A stretch of 64,000 bases of DNA, taken from contig JBHGNT010000001.1 of assembly GCA_043228905.1 (NCBI GenBank), positions 23,064,001 to 23,128,000 of the forward strand. Reading direction: 5' to 3'. This document shows positions 12,666 through 25,433 of this stretch, piece after piece. The stretch comes from Azolla caroliniana (taxonomy: Eukaryota > Plantae > Polypodiophyta). A program made the translations under genes and the position numbers. The notes under the pieces are model-generated. The model made no database searches. It was not told the origin of the DNA and saw only the letters and a program-made list of their open reading frames with translations. The first letter of the stretch is position 1, and each line of letters begins with the position of its first letter.

Positions 12666-12847
12666 ACGTGCACATGTTTTAACTTTACATCTAGCTTTTC
12701 TTTTACGATTCTCATTTCAGTCCTATTTACAACATGCTAGCATATGCATGTCGTCTTCTCCCCTTTCACACATGCACATTGCACCTTCTCAATTTCGTTC
12801 ATTGCACACAATTTTCACACCGTTGCTGAAAATCTTCACGACAACAT

Positions 12848-12958
12848 GGCCGAAAGAAAGAACCGGTTGATTATGGAAGTGGCTTGATCAATGTTGGAAG
12901 AGAAGAGCATGCCGAAGTTTTACTAGGCCGAAGTTGTTTAGACGGGTGTGTATATCTG
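12848..12958 (+). mobile_element. Second copia integrase fragment, right part
   Basis: gccgaaagaaagaaccgg...gagaagagcatgccgaagttt matches 320-400 (AERKNR...MLEEKSMPKFY). Confidence 0.85.
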
Positions 12959-13324
12959 AAAGCGTGATGATAGAAATAAGAGATAAAGAAGATACATAGA
13001 TCCAAAACAACAAAGATCTATTGATAATGAATGATCATGATGGAAGGAACAGAGAAAGAAAATACATAAATCCAAATCTACAAAGATATATTGATAACAC
13101 CTCAACCACACAACATGAATGGGCAAGAAAACACCACAAGAAGTAGACTAAGCACCCCACCACCTTACTCTTCTTACTTCTCCTTGCTTTTTTTAGAACT
13201 TTTTCATCACCTGTTTTTAGTTATGACGTAGTGACCTTCTAATCTTCATATCTCCCTCACTAGAGCTCCCAATTTAGAGATCTAAAAAAACGCAGTGACT
13301 TCATGAACTTAACCTCAACCTACC

Positions 13325-15833
13325 ATGGGGATACTTTTCACAACCTGTAGGGTCACAAAGGTCATAAAAACATTACAACATAGGAAATTCATGGACCATA
13401 CAGGATTGCGAGCCAAACACATCATATATGCTCGAGAGTGCCTAGCTCCTTTTCTCACTCTACTCTTCAACCGCGCCCTCACTGAGGGTTATCCACCCCA
13501 ATGGACCATGAACACAATGGACCCTATACATAAAGGAGGGAACCCAATGGATCCAAATACATATAGGACCATTATTATAGGTTATACGCTCGCTAAATTA
13601 TATGGTGCAGTAATGGAAGTAGAGCTCCGTGATTATATGGAAACCTTAAGTCTTCGAGCAATTGAGCAGGTTGGCTTTAGACGAGCCTTCTCCATTATTG
13701 ACCATATCTTCACACTTAGATGCTTAATTGACCTAACGAATGCAAGAAGAAACTATATTGTTGTTTAGTGGACTTCCGCAAAGCCTTTGACAAAGTTCCT
13801 AGGCAGCGGTTGTTTGATTGGCTTAAAAGCTTGGAGATACCAAATGACATGATATGGGCCATCTATGCTCTATATGAGCAAGTCTCTAGGTGCATAAGAT
13901 GCCCAAGTGGCCTATCTGATTGCTTCACCAGCACCATTGGTGTAAAATAGGGTTGCCCCCTATCATTGACTCTTTTTGGGATCTACATTGATGATATCAC
14001 TAATTTTATTGCTCGTAAGGGAGGCAACGGAGTAGCCATTGGGGGTACGAAAGTTAGTCTCTTACTCTACGCAAATAACATAGTTTTGTTGTCAGAGTCT
14101 GAACATGACCTACAAAAGCACCTTAATTCCCAAGATGAATTTTGCACACAACAAGGACTGATAGGGAATCTAGCAAAATCTAAAGTCCTTATCTTCCATA
14201 CAGCGTCTCGAGTTAGGAGTAAATGTCACCTGGTCCTCTCTCATAAACCAGTTGAGGTGGTTGGATCGTATATATATCTGGGAGTCACTTTTAGTGCTCG
14301 TTTAGGTAAATTCTCGATGACCCAGGCAGTCAAAGATAGGCTAACGAGAGGGTATGCATCCCTCTCACTCTTAGAGAGACAATGCCACCAAGCAAACTTT
14401 CAAACACCATGGACTAAGAAGGGATGGCTCTTCGACTAATTAGTGACCCCTTCCCTCATGTATGCATCAATAGTATGGGCTCTAGGTCTACCATCTTTCA
14501 TGTGGACGCAATTAGAGAAACCTTTGGTGACGATGTTATCATGTCAACTCCGAAGCAAATCGACAATACCACATGACATTATTAGAGTTGAGTTCAGTTT
14601 GCCCCTGATGTTAGTAGAAGCACTTTTCCAACTAGTAGTTTTTATTCATAGGATACATAGCCAACCACAAGATAGGATATCTCATCAAGCTTTTGAGGCA
14701 TCCCGATTCCTATATGTGTCCAGAGATACTAGCTCTTGGTATAGCATTGTAGTAAGTTGGTTACTTGCAAATGGCATAGACATTAATAACCTACCTCCCC
14801 TTAAGTACAACCATGGGGCTGATAAAACTTTAATCTCTCATGAGGACCGTAATAAAGTAATACGCCAAGAAATATGGAAAATTTACACCCAATATAAATG
14901 GATCACCCCACGAGAGTCACTCCTATCTAGAATGTTGTATTATAAGGAACACTTCATGCACTTCTCTAAGTTAGGTGTTATTACAGACCAAAATATCTTG
15001 ATACATTTTTATCAAATGCACTACGGGTGGCCATTGGACAACTTAGGATATCATCTCACCAACTTGAGATTGAGAATGTTCGTGCTAATAGAGTCCCTAG
15101 AGAGGAAAGGTTGTGTAGGTTATGTCACATAGAGATAGAGGATGAGTATCACTTTACATGCAAGTGTCCAATTTATGCCGAGATAAGGGTGGAATACCAA
15201 ATCATACTAGGACCCTCTCCCACCCTCCAAATTATTAGATACCCCGGATATAAAGAGATTAGGTAGGTATATCTTAGAGCTAAAACAACATAGGGAGAAT
15301 AAACTACAAAATGTTAACGATAACCTTTTTAATATTCACCAACATGTAACTAATGTAATTTTTAAAGAACAAGGGGAGACGATGAATGTGGACACACCTT
15401 CACCACTCGGCCTCTCTCTTGATGAAGCAAAAATGCAAAGAACAACCAAACGCCCTCGGATGTCAGGCTTCAAAGCAACTCGACATGGAGTAGAAACAAT
15501 TAAGAAGATAAGGGAATGTGAGCTACACCACCTAGAAGCTATGGTTAGGGTACCTTTTACATTGGGGCCACGGGTCGCATCCACATCGAAACCCTTTGAC
15601 CTCCCGCTTCTTTTTGAGAGACTTGGATGGAAATGAAACTAGGCCTAGTATAAAGCCATCAAACATGTTTTTTTATTAGAACTCTTTACCTTAAGTTCTA
15701 ATTTATTTATTTATTTATTTATTTACTTTCGATGAATGGGTAAATACCCCATCTTTGTTGTAAACCAATTGTCTCATGGTCCAATTTTGGTCTTAGAAGA
15801 CGTTAATATCTCTCTCTCTCTCTCTCTCTCTCT
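13325..15833 (+). mobile_element. 5'-truncated non-LTR retrotransposon (LINE 1), RT plus C-terminal CCHC finger
   Basis: EQVGFRRAFSIIDHIFTL, DFRKAFDKV, GVK*GCPLS, LLYANNIVL (degenerate YADD), YIYLG, LRISSHQLEIE..CRLC..EDEYHFTCKCP. Ends in (TTTA)n and (TC)n tracts. RTE-X/L2-like clade is an inference. Confidence 0.88.
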
Positions 15834-15919
15834 TTGATAAAATAGTGACATTCTTTATTAAACCATTTTTTCCTCTATCTTAGAGAAAGGTTGTGTAGGT
15901 TATGTCACATAGAGATAGA

Positions 15920-16481
15920 CAGAAATAGTGTGATTCACTATGTGCTACTTTCTGAAGGTATTTTGGATCATATACATAAATTCTCAATTGGTGAATGGAC
16001 ACCAGAATCCGATACTAGGCCTTTATGTATTGATCTCAAATGTATGCATAGGTTTGATTGCGAGAAGGCTATTGAAGATAATAAACAACCGCACTTGACC
16101 ATGTATTCCAAGATGGTTGAGGATATGTTACAAATGACAAAGATACAACATGGTGCCACACTAGAATGCAAATGGGAAGCTTTCAAGAAATTCATTCTCT
16201 CCTGTACAAACAAATGTTTTCCGACCAACCGCACATCTTGGAAATGCACCAAGAAACACAGGAAAAAATGGTTTGATAAAGAATGTTGTGAAGCTCGAAA
16301 GTGCCTTATGGTTTTGGATGTAGTTAAGGATAAAGAGAATTACCAATTGAAGCATTTGCATGAGTATAAAAAGTTTATTCAAAGAAAGAGAAGAATATGG
16401 GAAGTTACTCAACAATTTATCCAAACGCAAGAAAAAGCACATGCATGTGCTATATTTTGGGGAAATCTAAAGGGGAAACGT
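15920..16481 (+). mobile_element. LINE 2, part 1 (end of APE endonuclease)
   Basis: SVIHYVLLS...ESDTRPL is a degenerate IDY..SDH APE motif, followed by KWFDKEC. Confidence 0.75.
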
Positions 16482-17184
16482 TGTCGAGGCTTTCCTCGCG
16501 GATGCGTGGAATGAGGCGGGACCTCGGGGGTCCTGTACCGAAGAGCAAGAGAGAAAGGAGAAGAGACCCACTACGTGCGAGAGTAGATTCACAGGAACAC
16601 AGCCCTTCAACACAAAGACGCGAGTGGGACAACGACACAGGGAGACACAAACGTATGTATGTATTAACAAAGACAAACAACACAACACGGAGTCGGTTAC
16701 AACCGAACAGGCCGGCGAACAGATGCCGATACCTGTTCGTAAACACACAGAAAGGAAGGAGTAGGTTGGAGGTGCTGCCGGAAGCACTCAGGCATTCCTC
16801 AGAGCAGCGCGAGCCTCCCGAAACCTGCACAGAAGGAAGTTATGGCGTTTGCGAACCAGAGAGAGAGAGAGAAGCCTTCGCCCACGAACCGACAACACTT
16901 CGTCCTCGACTCTCCGCGATCCCCCTCGCCCCTCCTCGTCTCCCTCCTTTTATAGGCAAGGAAGGAGCCGTTTCCCCTTTACTTCCTACCTACCGAATCT
17001 GCCTGCCTAGGATCTCCTATGTACAACATAAGGAGCACGTGCATGAAGAGCCGGTTCCTACGCTCCGGTGCACCGATTCCGCTTGTGGACGGTTTTCTTC
17101 ACGACATCCGCCCCCACCTAACCGCGCATCCACCGGCATGCGCCAAATTGAGTTGGGACGGAGAAAACCGGTCCAACCTTTATT

Positions 17185-20100
17185 CCCCGCCGTCGGTTCT
17201 TCTTCGGTTTCGGATCGTTCGTCGTCCCGGTCTAGGTCAACCGGATCCGGCTCGTCGTCGTGACGCTTCTTGAACGCTTTGATCCGCTTCCCAGCTACCG
17301 GTATCGCCATTCTCGTACCATCGAGTTCCGCCAGATGGTACGTCCCGTTGTCGTTTGCGCTTTGTACCACGTAAGGCCCGAACCACCTTCTTGTGAACTT
17401 CCGTATTGCTCGGTGCTGGTTGTCGAGGCTGCTGTCGTAGACTAGCACCCAGTCGCCTTCCTCGATCTTCTTCGGTCGGAGCCGGTGCGTTCGGTCAAAC
17501 CGGGCTTTGTTCCTCATCTTGGCCACCCGAAGCCTTTCCGCAGCCTGCTCCACGTCCTCTGGTCTTCGCTCGAGCTGTCGTATGCGCGCCGTCAACAGTT
17601 CCTCCCGGCTCAGCTCGTCTCTCCAGTCCAGGGTTGCCCATGAGGAGATCGTATGTTCCATCGGCATGATCGGCTTCTGCCCAAACATCAGCTCTGTCGG
17701 CATGAATCCGGTTACCGAACTGTGCGTAGTTCGGTCAGCCCACAACGCGTAAGGCAGCAGCCGCGGCCAGTTCCCAACATGACCCCCGCATGCCCGAACT
17801 AACGCCTTGACGATCGGTCCTTGTCCGCGCTCCACCTTCCCATTCGCCTCCGGATTGTACGCAGTGGTAAGCGAGAGCTTGACTCCTAGCCGGTCGAACA
17901 GCTCCTCGACCTCTTCGGCATCCAACTCCCTGCGATCAGCCACGATCTTCCCGACGCACCCGTACCGGCATATCACGTCCTCGATCAGGAACCGACATAC
18001 GGCCGTGGTCGTTTTGTTCTGAAGGGCTCAGCCTTCCACCTGGTTCGTCAGATCTTCCCGAGCCAAGACCAGATACCGCATCTGTCCTACGCCCATCGGC
18101 ATCGTCACCAGATCTACCATCCATTTGAAGTGGACGGTCGGAGGGTACGTAGGGTGAAGCTCGTCCCGATGCCGAACTATGGAGTGCATCTGGCAGCTCT
18201 CGCAAGTTGTCACGAACCGATGCACGTCCCGGTACAGTCCCGGCCACCAGTACTTCCCCTTTATCTTCTCGAACGTGGCCCACGTTCCACGGTAACCAGC
18301 CCAAGGGCTGTCGTGGTAAGCCGTCAGCAGCTCCTCCTGTTCTTCCTTCATCGCCACCACCCGGAGCGGGACGCCGTTCCTCTTCTTCGGGTGCTTCCAT
18401 AAGTATCCGTCCCGGAGAAAGAATCGGTAAGCTTTCTTCCGGATCCGGTTAGCTTCGTCCTTCGTCCATGACGCATCCGGCGTCATTGTCCTCAGAAACC
18501 CACCGATCTGCAGCCACTCGCCATCGTACTTGCTCTCGTCGAAGCCGTTAAGTGCCGGAGTGCTCGCCCCATCGGTCGTCACGTACGCCGCCTCGAAGAA
18601 GTCCACGCCGACTTCTTCGTCCTCCGAAACCATGCCGCCCTCGTCATCAAACCTCGCCCTCGAAAGCATGTCGGCCATGGCGTTGTCTTTTCCGGAAATG
18701 TGTCGTATTTCCAGGTCCAGGGACTTGATGTACGCTATCCACCTGAGCATCGCCAGGTCTGGTGTCGCGCATCCGGAAACCATGCCGAGAATTGGCAGGC
18801 AATCCGTCTCGACAATCACTTCCGTCCCGATCAGGTAGTCTTTGTCGGCCTTTACTGCCGAAACGATACCCCAGAGTTCGCGTTTAACCTGGGCGTACCC
18901 TCGTTGTTGTTCACTGAGGACCTTCGCGCCGAATCGGATCGGGAACCGAATGCTGTCCCCGTCTTCTTGGTTGACGACCCATCCGATCCCGGTCGGACTC
19001 GTATCCACCGTTATGTATACCGGGGTACCCTTCTCGTAGACAGCCTTCCGGAGCGCCGGTGTTGTCGCAAGAGCTACCTTCAGCTTCCGGACCGACTCCG
19101 TGTGCTCGTCTCGCCACTCGAATTTTCGCCCTTGCTTCAGCAACCCGTATAGCGGCTCCGCAACGTGGGCGTAGTGCGGGATCCATATGTGGAAGAATGC
19201 GCATGCCCCCAGGAACCTCCGAACTTCCGTAACCGAGCTACAGTTGGTCTTCATCGCGGAAATGGCTTCTACCTTTGCCGGAGACGGCTTCCAGCCATAT
19301 GGTCCACATAGGTGTCCGACCACCAGGATTTCCGATTGCCTGAAGGTCGATTTCTCCCCGGAGAAGGTGAGCCTCGCATCCTCTAGCCTTTGTAGCACTT
19401 TCTCGCAGTCGTCGATGTGTGTTGCAACGAATCGCCGGCATCCGTCCGGTCCGAGTGTTGCGTCCCTCTCTTCTACCGGGCACCCCTTGATCGGATTGTC
19501 GTCTAGAAATGGCATGGTGATGTCCGGAATGCAATCCCTCAGTACCTTGTTCATTGCATTCACCATGTGGGCCACCGAGTTGGTCCCTCCTTGTGGCAGG
19601 GTACACATTCGCACTAGGCCGAGGGGAGTTCGCATCGTCGTAATGTCTCTGCTCTCCACGGCTAGCTGGAACTAGTCGTACCCCGAGTACAGATCACCGA
19701 CCGAGTAAATCGACCTTCCGGCGAAAGCCTTCGCGAACTCGTCTATGGTCGGTCCGATCCCTGCGTTCCGAATGGTCACTCTGTTGACCGGCTGCAGGTC
19801 TTGAATGAAGCACAATGTTCCGTTTTTCTTTGGTACGGTAAACCATCGGTTTCAGTATGGCGCGCTCGACGGTTCGAGAATACCCATATCGACTTTCTGC
19901 CTCAATAGCTCCATCAACTCCGGGATGTGAGCTCTTGGTACCGGAATCAGCTTGAGATTCCACGGCACATGCGGTACCGTGAATATCACCATCGGCTCCA
20001 CGATTGTCGGGTCTACGCACCCGATCTCTTCCGGCGAAAATGCGAAGGCTTTCCCGTGCCTTCCGAGCATTCTCCGAAACCGGTCTTCCTCCGCCGGCAG

Positions 20101-20652
20101 TAGGAACCCGCCCTCACCGATCTTGAGCTCCCAGATCGTCCCGTCGGTGAATGTGTGTCCTATGCAGGCCGGATCTCGTAAACTAGGGTCCGACGCAACC
20201 CCTCTGATTCGGGACTCGCTGCCCTCCGGCAAGGGTGCCGCGACTGGCCTTACCTTCCAGTCCACAGTCTTGTACTTCGTGCTAACTCGGGCCGTCCGAT
20301 CCGACCCGAGCCCCCGACTGAAGTTCGCGATGACTTCGTACATCTCTTCGGAACATACCGGTATCGTCCGGTCTTCGCTAAGGTCTTCTCCGGCTACCTT
20401 CCTCAGCATTCCCAAGGTTTCGTCGAAGGAGACCGCCTCCACGGCTCCGCTGATTTCCTTGTCCGGGCCGAGAACTCCGCACGCTCGAAGTCGCACTTCC
20501 GCCCTTGTCCTTTCTCGGCCGACGGTGCCGACTACCATACAGGCTCCGTTGTTGGAGAAGCAAAATTTCCCACCTATCGTACAGTCGCGGGGTCTTTTCC
20601 GAGTGTCCGGGCTGTCTCGGCCCCACGCCTTGGCAGCCCTCTCTAAAAATCC
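17185..20652 (-). pseudogene. pol: pol ORF2 (RT-RH-IN), family A copy 2
   Basis: ORFs 19852-20538, 18028-19659 and 17017-17976 are near-identical to copy 1 pol. Confidence 0.93.
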
Positions 20653-21579
20653 TCCCGGTTCTCGCCACCGAGGGATTCGCGGTTTCTCTCGTGGTTCGGC
20701 CGCACCGTCAGAAATTGGACCGAATGGCGCCCGTCCTAGCTTTTGACCCTTGCGTAGGCCGAACCGTTGTCTAGCACCTTGGTCTCCATCCGCGCCGCCG
20801 TGATGTATGGTTCACCTAATATGACCGGTTGCGAGGACGTCTCCTGTACGAAGAAGTGCTGGTCAATCTCGACGTCGCCGATCTTGACTCGCACGTTCGG
20901 GCAGGCCCCATGCAGTTCCTCGGTGGCGCGCGTCGCCGCCCTTATCTTCCACCCGTGCTTGGTGTTGATCGGCCACTTCCCCTTCTTATAGAAGTCCATG
21001 GACATCATGTTTATTTCCGAATCGTGGTCCACCAATGCCACCACCGGTTCCTGAACATCTTCGATCTTTACCGGGGTCTCCGTGGTCGCTCAGGCCCAGT
21101 GTGGCCTCGAATAGTGGCTCTCCGCCCACTCATCTGCCAGCGCCGAGTCGTCGATGTGCGTCGTCCGCACCTCCACAGGTCTTTCCGGTTCCGTCTCCGT
21201 CGACAGCCTCTTCCGTTTCACCAAGTCTACAATGGAGTCGTGGAACTCCTTCTTGGCGATCCCTAGCACCTCCTGCAATGACAGCTCCACTTTGTTGTCG
21301 AGGATCCGTTCTTCTAGGACCTTTCGTAGGTCCGTAGTCCTTTCTATTTCCGTCCCCAATCGGTATCCGCCCTTCCTGGGGTTATCTTGCGAGCTGGACC
21401 CACCGGCATCGTTCCGTCGTTGCCCGAATCGGGTCTCGTACCGTTGTGAGGGCCCGGCCGCTCCGGCTTTCCCCACCCGTTTGTCTTCAACCAGAGCCTC
21501 GTAGTTCCGGCAGGCGGCTTCTACAAAGCCCGTCTTCTCCTCGACCGGATCGCTCCACCCGGTTATTTCCCGGACCCGT
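20643..21579 (-). pseudogene. gag: gag-PR 3' part, family A copy 2
   Basis: ORFs 21090-21476 and 20736-21044 (ALVDHDSEINMM). Confidence 0.9.
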
Positions 21580-24500
21580 TGTCGTGAAGGATTTGCTTCA
21601 CAATATAAAAATAAACTTGAATATTGTATTAAGTAACATTTGAGAGACTTGAACCCGTAACCTCACACACCAAGGATAAAGCATATACCATTAGGATAAG
21701 TTATTTTCTATAGTTATATTTTTATCACAATACTTATGACATGTGTATCTTCATACATTAGAGCTTAGATGAGCATGATGGCTATCATGCATCACATGTA
21801 AAGCATGTGCGCCAAATGGCAATCATGCATCACATGCATGCCATGCACCCCCATATCATCATATGCATGAGAGAACCTATAAAGAGAGGCAAGGAATTAA
21901 GGGATGGATCAAGGGGAAAATAGGGGGATCAATCAAGAGAGTGTGAGAAAATAATACAATCAACTAAAGAAGACTAGCTCATTGGGTGGAGAACTTCTCG
22001 TTTCGAAGTTGAGGTCGTGGGTTCAAATCAAGGGTCGGTAGAGAATGTGTTCAGTTTGCGATCAAGGATTGTAAAGTTGGTAAAATGTTATATTTTTAAT
22101 ATACATCATGTTTATATCATATACCCTTGTTCCTTAATTCATACTTTATCTCAATCTTCCTTCTTAAATCATATTTTGTGTCTATCTTGCTTCCTTGATT
22201 CATACTTTGTTTCAATCTTCCTTCTTAAATCATATTTTGTGTCTATCTTGCTTCTTGAATCATACATTGCCTCTATCTTTTATCTATACTAGTCTCTCTC
22301 TCACACATATTACTTTAAACTATTATTCCTCATATCCTTTATCTTCCTAACATTTGCGCGCAAGCCTAATAAAAGTTCCTTCAACTCCCCTTAACCTAAG
22401 TCCCTGCGACTTCCCCGCACGAACCACAACTACCCCGACACATTTGGTGAACCCGACGTGAAGGCGGCAACAAGGAGAAATGGAGGAGCAAATGAGGCTT
22501 ATGTGTAGGATGATGGAACGAGTGATGCGGGAACAAGGGATGATGGCAAGCATCGACAAAGTCGTCGACAATATTCTCGCACGAGTAGGAATCTTCGAAG
22601 GTATAAATTTAACAAGATTTCTGAAGATTTATAATGAAGAAATGCTTAAACGCGGTGTCGACGAAGCTGCAAAAATTAATAACTTTAGTCGAGTCGCTGC
22701 GATTGGGCTACAAGAAAGGATCCATGAGCTACAGAGGGAACATCAGACATGGGCGACTTTCGAAAGAGCATTGCTAAATGAATACAACCTCAACGATATG
22801 TCAAGGATGACAAGGCAAACTTTCATGGATTGGTTAGAGTCTTATAAACATTTAAGTGTTTTGGAAGTATTAAAAGAGTTTTCGGAAAGATTTGAGCAAC
22901 TAAATGTTAGCGATAGAAATATAATAGTGCCAGATAAAGTAATATTGTTTCTACAAGCTACTAATATTAAAGACAGGAAGGACTTGGGAATGCTTTTAGA
23001 AGATCAGAATAGTCCAAGTGGACTTACGGAAGATTGGGAGGAGGTGAAAAGGGCCTGCGCCCATTTCTGCAAAAGAAAGTTATGGTTTATGGAGTTGCCC
23101 GATAGAAATGATGAAGAAACGGGGAATGAGTCAGGAGAAAAGAAAGTAGAAGAATCACTCTTACACGAATTGGTGAAAGGCATGAAAGACTTGTCGATCA
23201 AAGTGACGAAGCTAGAATCGGGACAAAGCTCGACTTCATCAAGGCAGGGAGGTGGAATGGTCCGAAGGTGTATGTGGTGTGATAGTATCGACCACCAAAA
23301 GAAAAACTGTCAAGAACATAGGGATTCTCTTAATCATGATAAAATCTACTATCAAGATGGAAAGATTCACTCGACAAAGACTCAACAACCAATCCAGCTC
23401 AACTTCGGGAAAGGTGGAATGAAAAAGCTAATGGAAGATGCCGAGAGAGAAATGACTCAAGCAATACAATCCGTGACAACCTTAGGGTTGCGTGTAGAAG
23501 ACTCATATGGTGGATCTGGTTTTTGGCAAGGTGTGATGGAGTATGCAAGAAAAGGGAAGGTTCAAGTGAAGGAATTAAAAAGCGCGGGTGATGAAATACG
23601 GAACTTCACTGGATGGAATGATCCAGTAGACACACTATCAGCATTTGCCCAAGTGAATGTACAAGATGCACTAGTGGAAGAGAAGCGAAACAGAGCTGAG
23701 GAGGCTGATTCGGCAAAGAAATATGAGACAGAAAAACAACTTCAGAGAAGAGAGATGGAAAAGGATTCTCTTGAGTCAAAAGAAGCTAATAAAGTCAAAG
23801 GGAAGACAGACCCAACTTTTAAGCTTGCTTCGGACACAGAAGCCACGACGGATATAAAACATGTCATGGAAGAAGTTACGAGAGAATGTGCAGCAACAAG
23901 TCTCCAAGATTTGGATCATGAATCCATCAATATTGCAGGTGTAAAGAAGATAAATGATGTTGGGATTCATGAAGGGGATAGGAGTCATTATACAAAGAAC
24001 CATTGGGCTCAAGCAACAACGGAGGCGCCTACAAAAATTACGGAGCAACAAATTCCTTGTATTGCTTTGATAGATCATGGATCAGAAATTAACATGATGT
24101 CGTCGGAATGTTGTGCTCAAGGAAGGTGGCCAATCGATAAGAATCATGGGTCGAAGAAAAGAGTTACAACAGAGATGACGGAGGATCAATTCGGAGCATG
24201 TCCCAGTGTGAAAGCAACAATGGGAGATGTGTCGGTGGATGAAAATTACTATGTGCAAGATGGATCAACCTACCCTGTCATCCTTGGTCAACCATACATC
24301 AGCGTAGTGAGTATGGAAACAAAGGATGGTGAACCATACATCAACGTAGTAAGGATGGAAAGAACTGTGATTAATGATGATTCAACTTTCGCGAGGATCA
24401 AGAGTCGGGATGGAAGGAAGAGGGGCCATATCTTAACCATGATGCCTAACCATGAAAGAAACAAAGAATGCTTGAGGGGACATCCAGTTCAAAAACGGAA

Positions 24501-25429
24501 TGAACAGTTTTTCCAAGACTTTGGATGAACTTTGCACAACTAGTGTGCAAGTTCAGAGGGGGTGGGTGTCGTGAAGGATTTGCTTCACGATATAAAAATA
24601 AACTTGAATATTGTATTAAGTAACATTTGAGAGACTTGAACCCGTAACCTCACACACCAAGGATAAAGCATATACCATTAGGATAAGTGATTTTAGATAT
24701 AATTATATTTTTATCACAATACTTATGACATGTGTATCTTCATACATTAGAGCTTAGATGAGCATGATGGCTATCATGCATCACATGTAAAGCATGTGCG
24801 CCAAATGGCAATCATGCATCACATGCATGCCATGCACCCCCATATCATCATATGCATGAGAGAACCTATAAAGAGAGGCAAGGAATTAATGGATGGATCA
24901 AGGGGAAAATAGGGGGATCAATCAAGAGAGTGTGAGAAAATAATACAATCAACTAAAGAAGACTAGCTCATTGGGTGGAGAACTTCTCGTTTCAAAGTTG
25001 AGGTCGTGGGTTCAAATCAAGGGTCGGTAGAGAATGTGTTCAGTTTGCGATCAAGGATTGTAAAGTTGGTAAAATGTTATATTTTTAATATACATCATGT
25101 TTATATCATATACTCTTGTTCCTTAATTCATACTTTATCTCAATCTTCCTTCTTAAATCATATTTTGTGTCTATCTTGCTTCCTTGATTCATACTTTGTC
25201 TCAATCTTCCTTCTTAAATCATATTTTGTGTCTATCTTGCTTCTTGAATCATACATTGCCTCTATCTTTTATCTATACTAGTCTCTCTCTCTCACATATT
25301 ACTTTAAACTATTATTCCTCATATCCTTTATCTTCCTAACATTTGCGCGCAAGCCTAATAAAAGTTCCTTCAACTCCCCTTAACCTAAGTCCCTGCGACT
25401 TCGCCGCACGAACCACAACTACCCCGACA
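21580..25429 (+). mobile_element. Non-autonomous gag-PR-only LTR element (family B derivative, TR-GAG-like)
   Basis: Near-identical LTRs at 21580-22440 and 24567-25429, Trp PBS at 22445, PPT gagggggtggg, TSD CCGT/CCGT. No RT, RH or IN. Confidence 0.95.
22480..24528 (+). CDS. gag: Intact 682-aa Gag-protease polyprotein
   Basis: Uninterrupted ORF with CMWCDSIDHQKKNC and ALIDHGSEINMM...ILGQPY. Confidence 0.9.
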   Translation: MEEQMRLMCRMMERVMREQGMMASIDKVVDNILARVGIFEGINLTRFLKIYNEEMLKRGVDEAAKINNFSRVAAIGLQERIHELQREHQTWATFERALLNEYNLNDMSRMTRQTFMDWLESYKHLSVLEVLKEFSERFEQLNVSDRNIIVPDKVILFLQATNIKDRKDLGMLLEDQNSPSGLTEDWEEVKRACAHFCKRKLWFMELPDRNDEETGNESGEKKVEESLLHELVKGMKDLSIKVTKLESGQSSTSSRQGGGMVRRCMWCDSIDHQKKNCQEHRDSLNHDKIYYQDGKIHSTKTQQPIQLNFGKGGMKKLMEDAEREMTQAIQSVTTLGLRVEDSYGGSGFWQGVMEYARKGKVQVKELKSAGDEIRNFTGWNDPVDTLSAFAQVNVQDALVEEKRNRAEEADSAKKYETEKQLQRREMEKDSLESKEANKVKGKTDPTFKLASDTEATTDIKHVMEEVTRECAATSLQDLDHESINIAGVKKINDVGIHEGDRSHYTKNHWAQATTEAPTKITEQQIPCIALIDHGSEINMMSSECCAQGRWPIDKNHGSKKRVTTEMTEDQFGACPSVKATMGDVSVDENYYVQDGSTYPVILGQPYISVVSMETKDGEPYINVVRMERTVINDDSTFARIKSRDGRKRGHILTMMPNHERNKECLRGHPVQKRNEQFFQDFG

Positions 25430-25433
25430 CCGT

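Larger units (their letters stand above)
2122..12843 (-). mobile_element. Non-autonomous tRNA-Trp-primed gypsy element (type C), with another element nested in its 5' LTR
   Basis: Termini TG..CA. 3' LTR at 2122-2778 is adjacent to the PPT complement tccacccccac. PBS complement at 5113-5130. 5' LTR at 5134-5691 plus 12670-12843. Degenerate gag only, no pol. Confidence 0.8.

Noticed and set aside
12960-13320. AT-rich unassigned segment
   Set aside because: I could not identify termini, an ORF or a repeat partner, so it is left unannotated.
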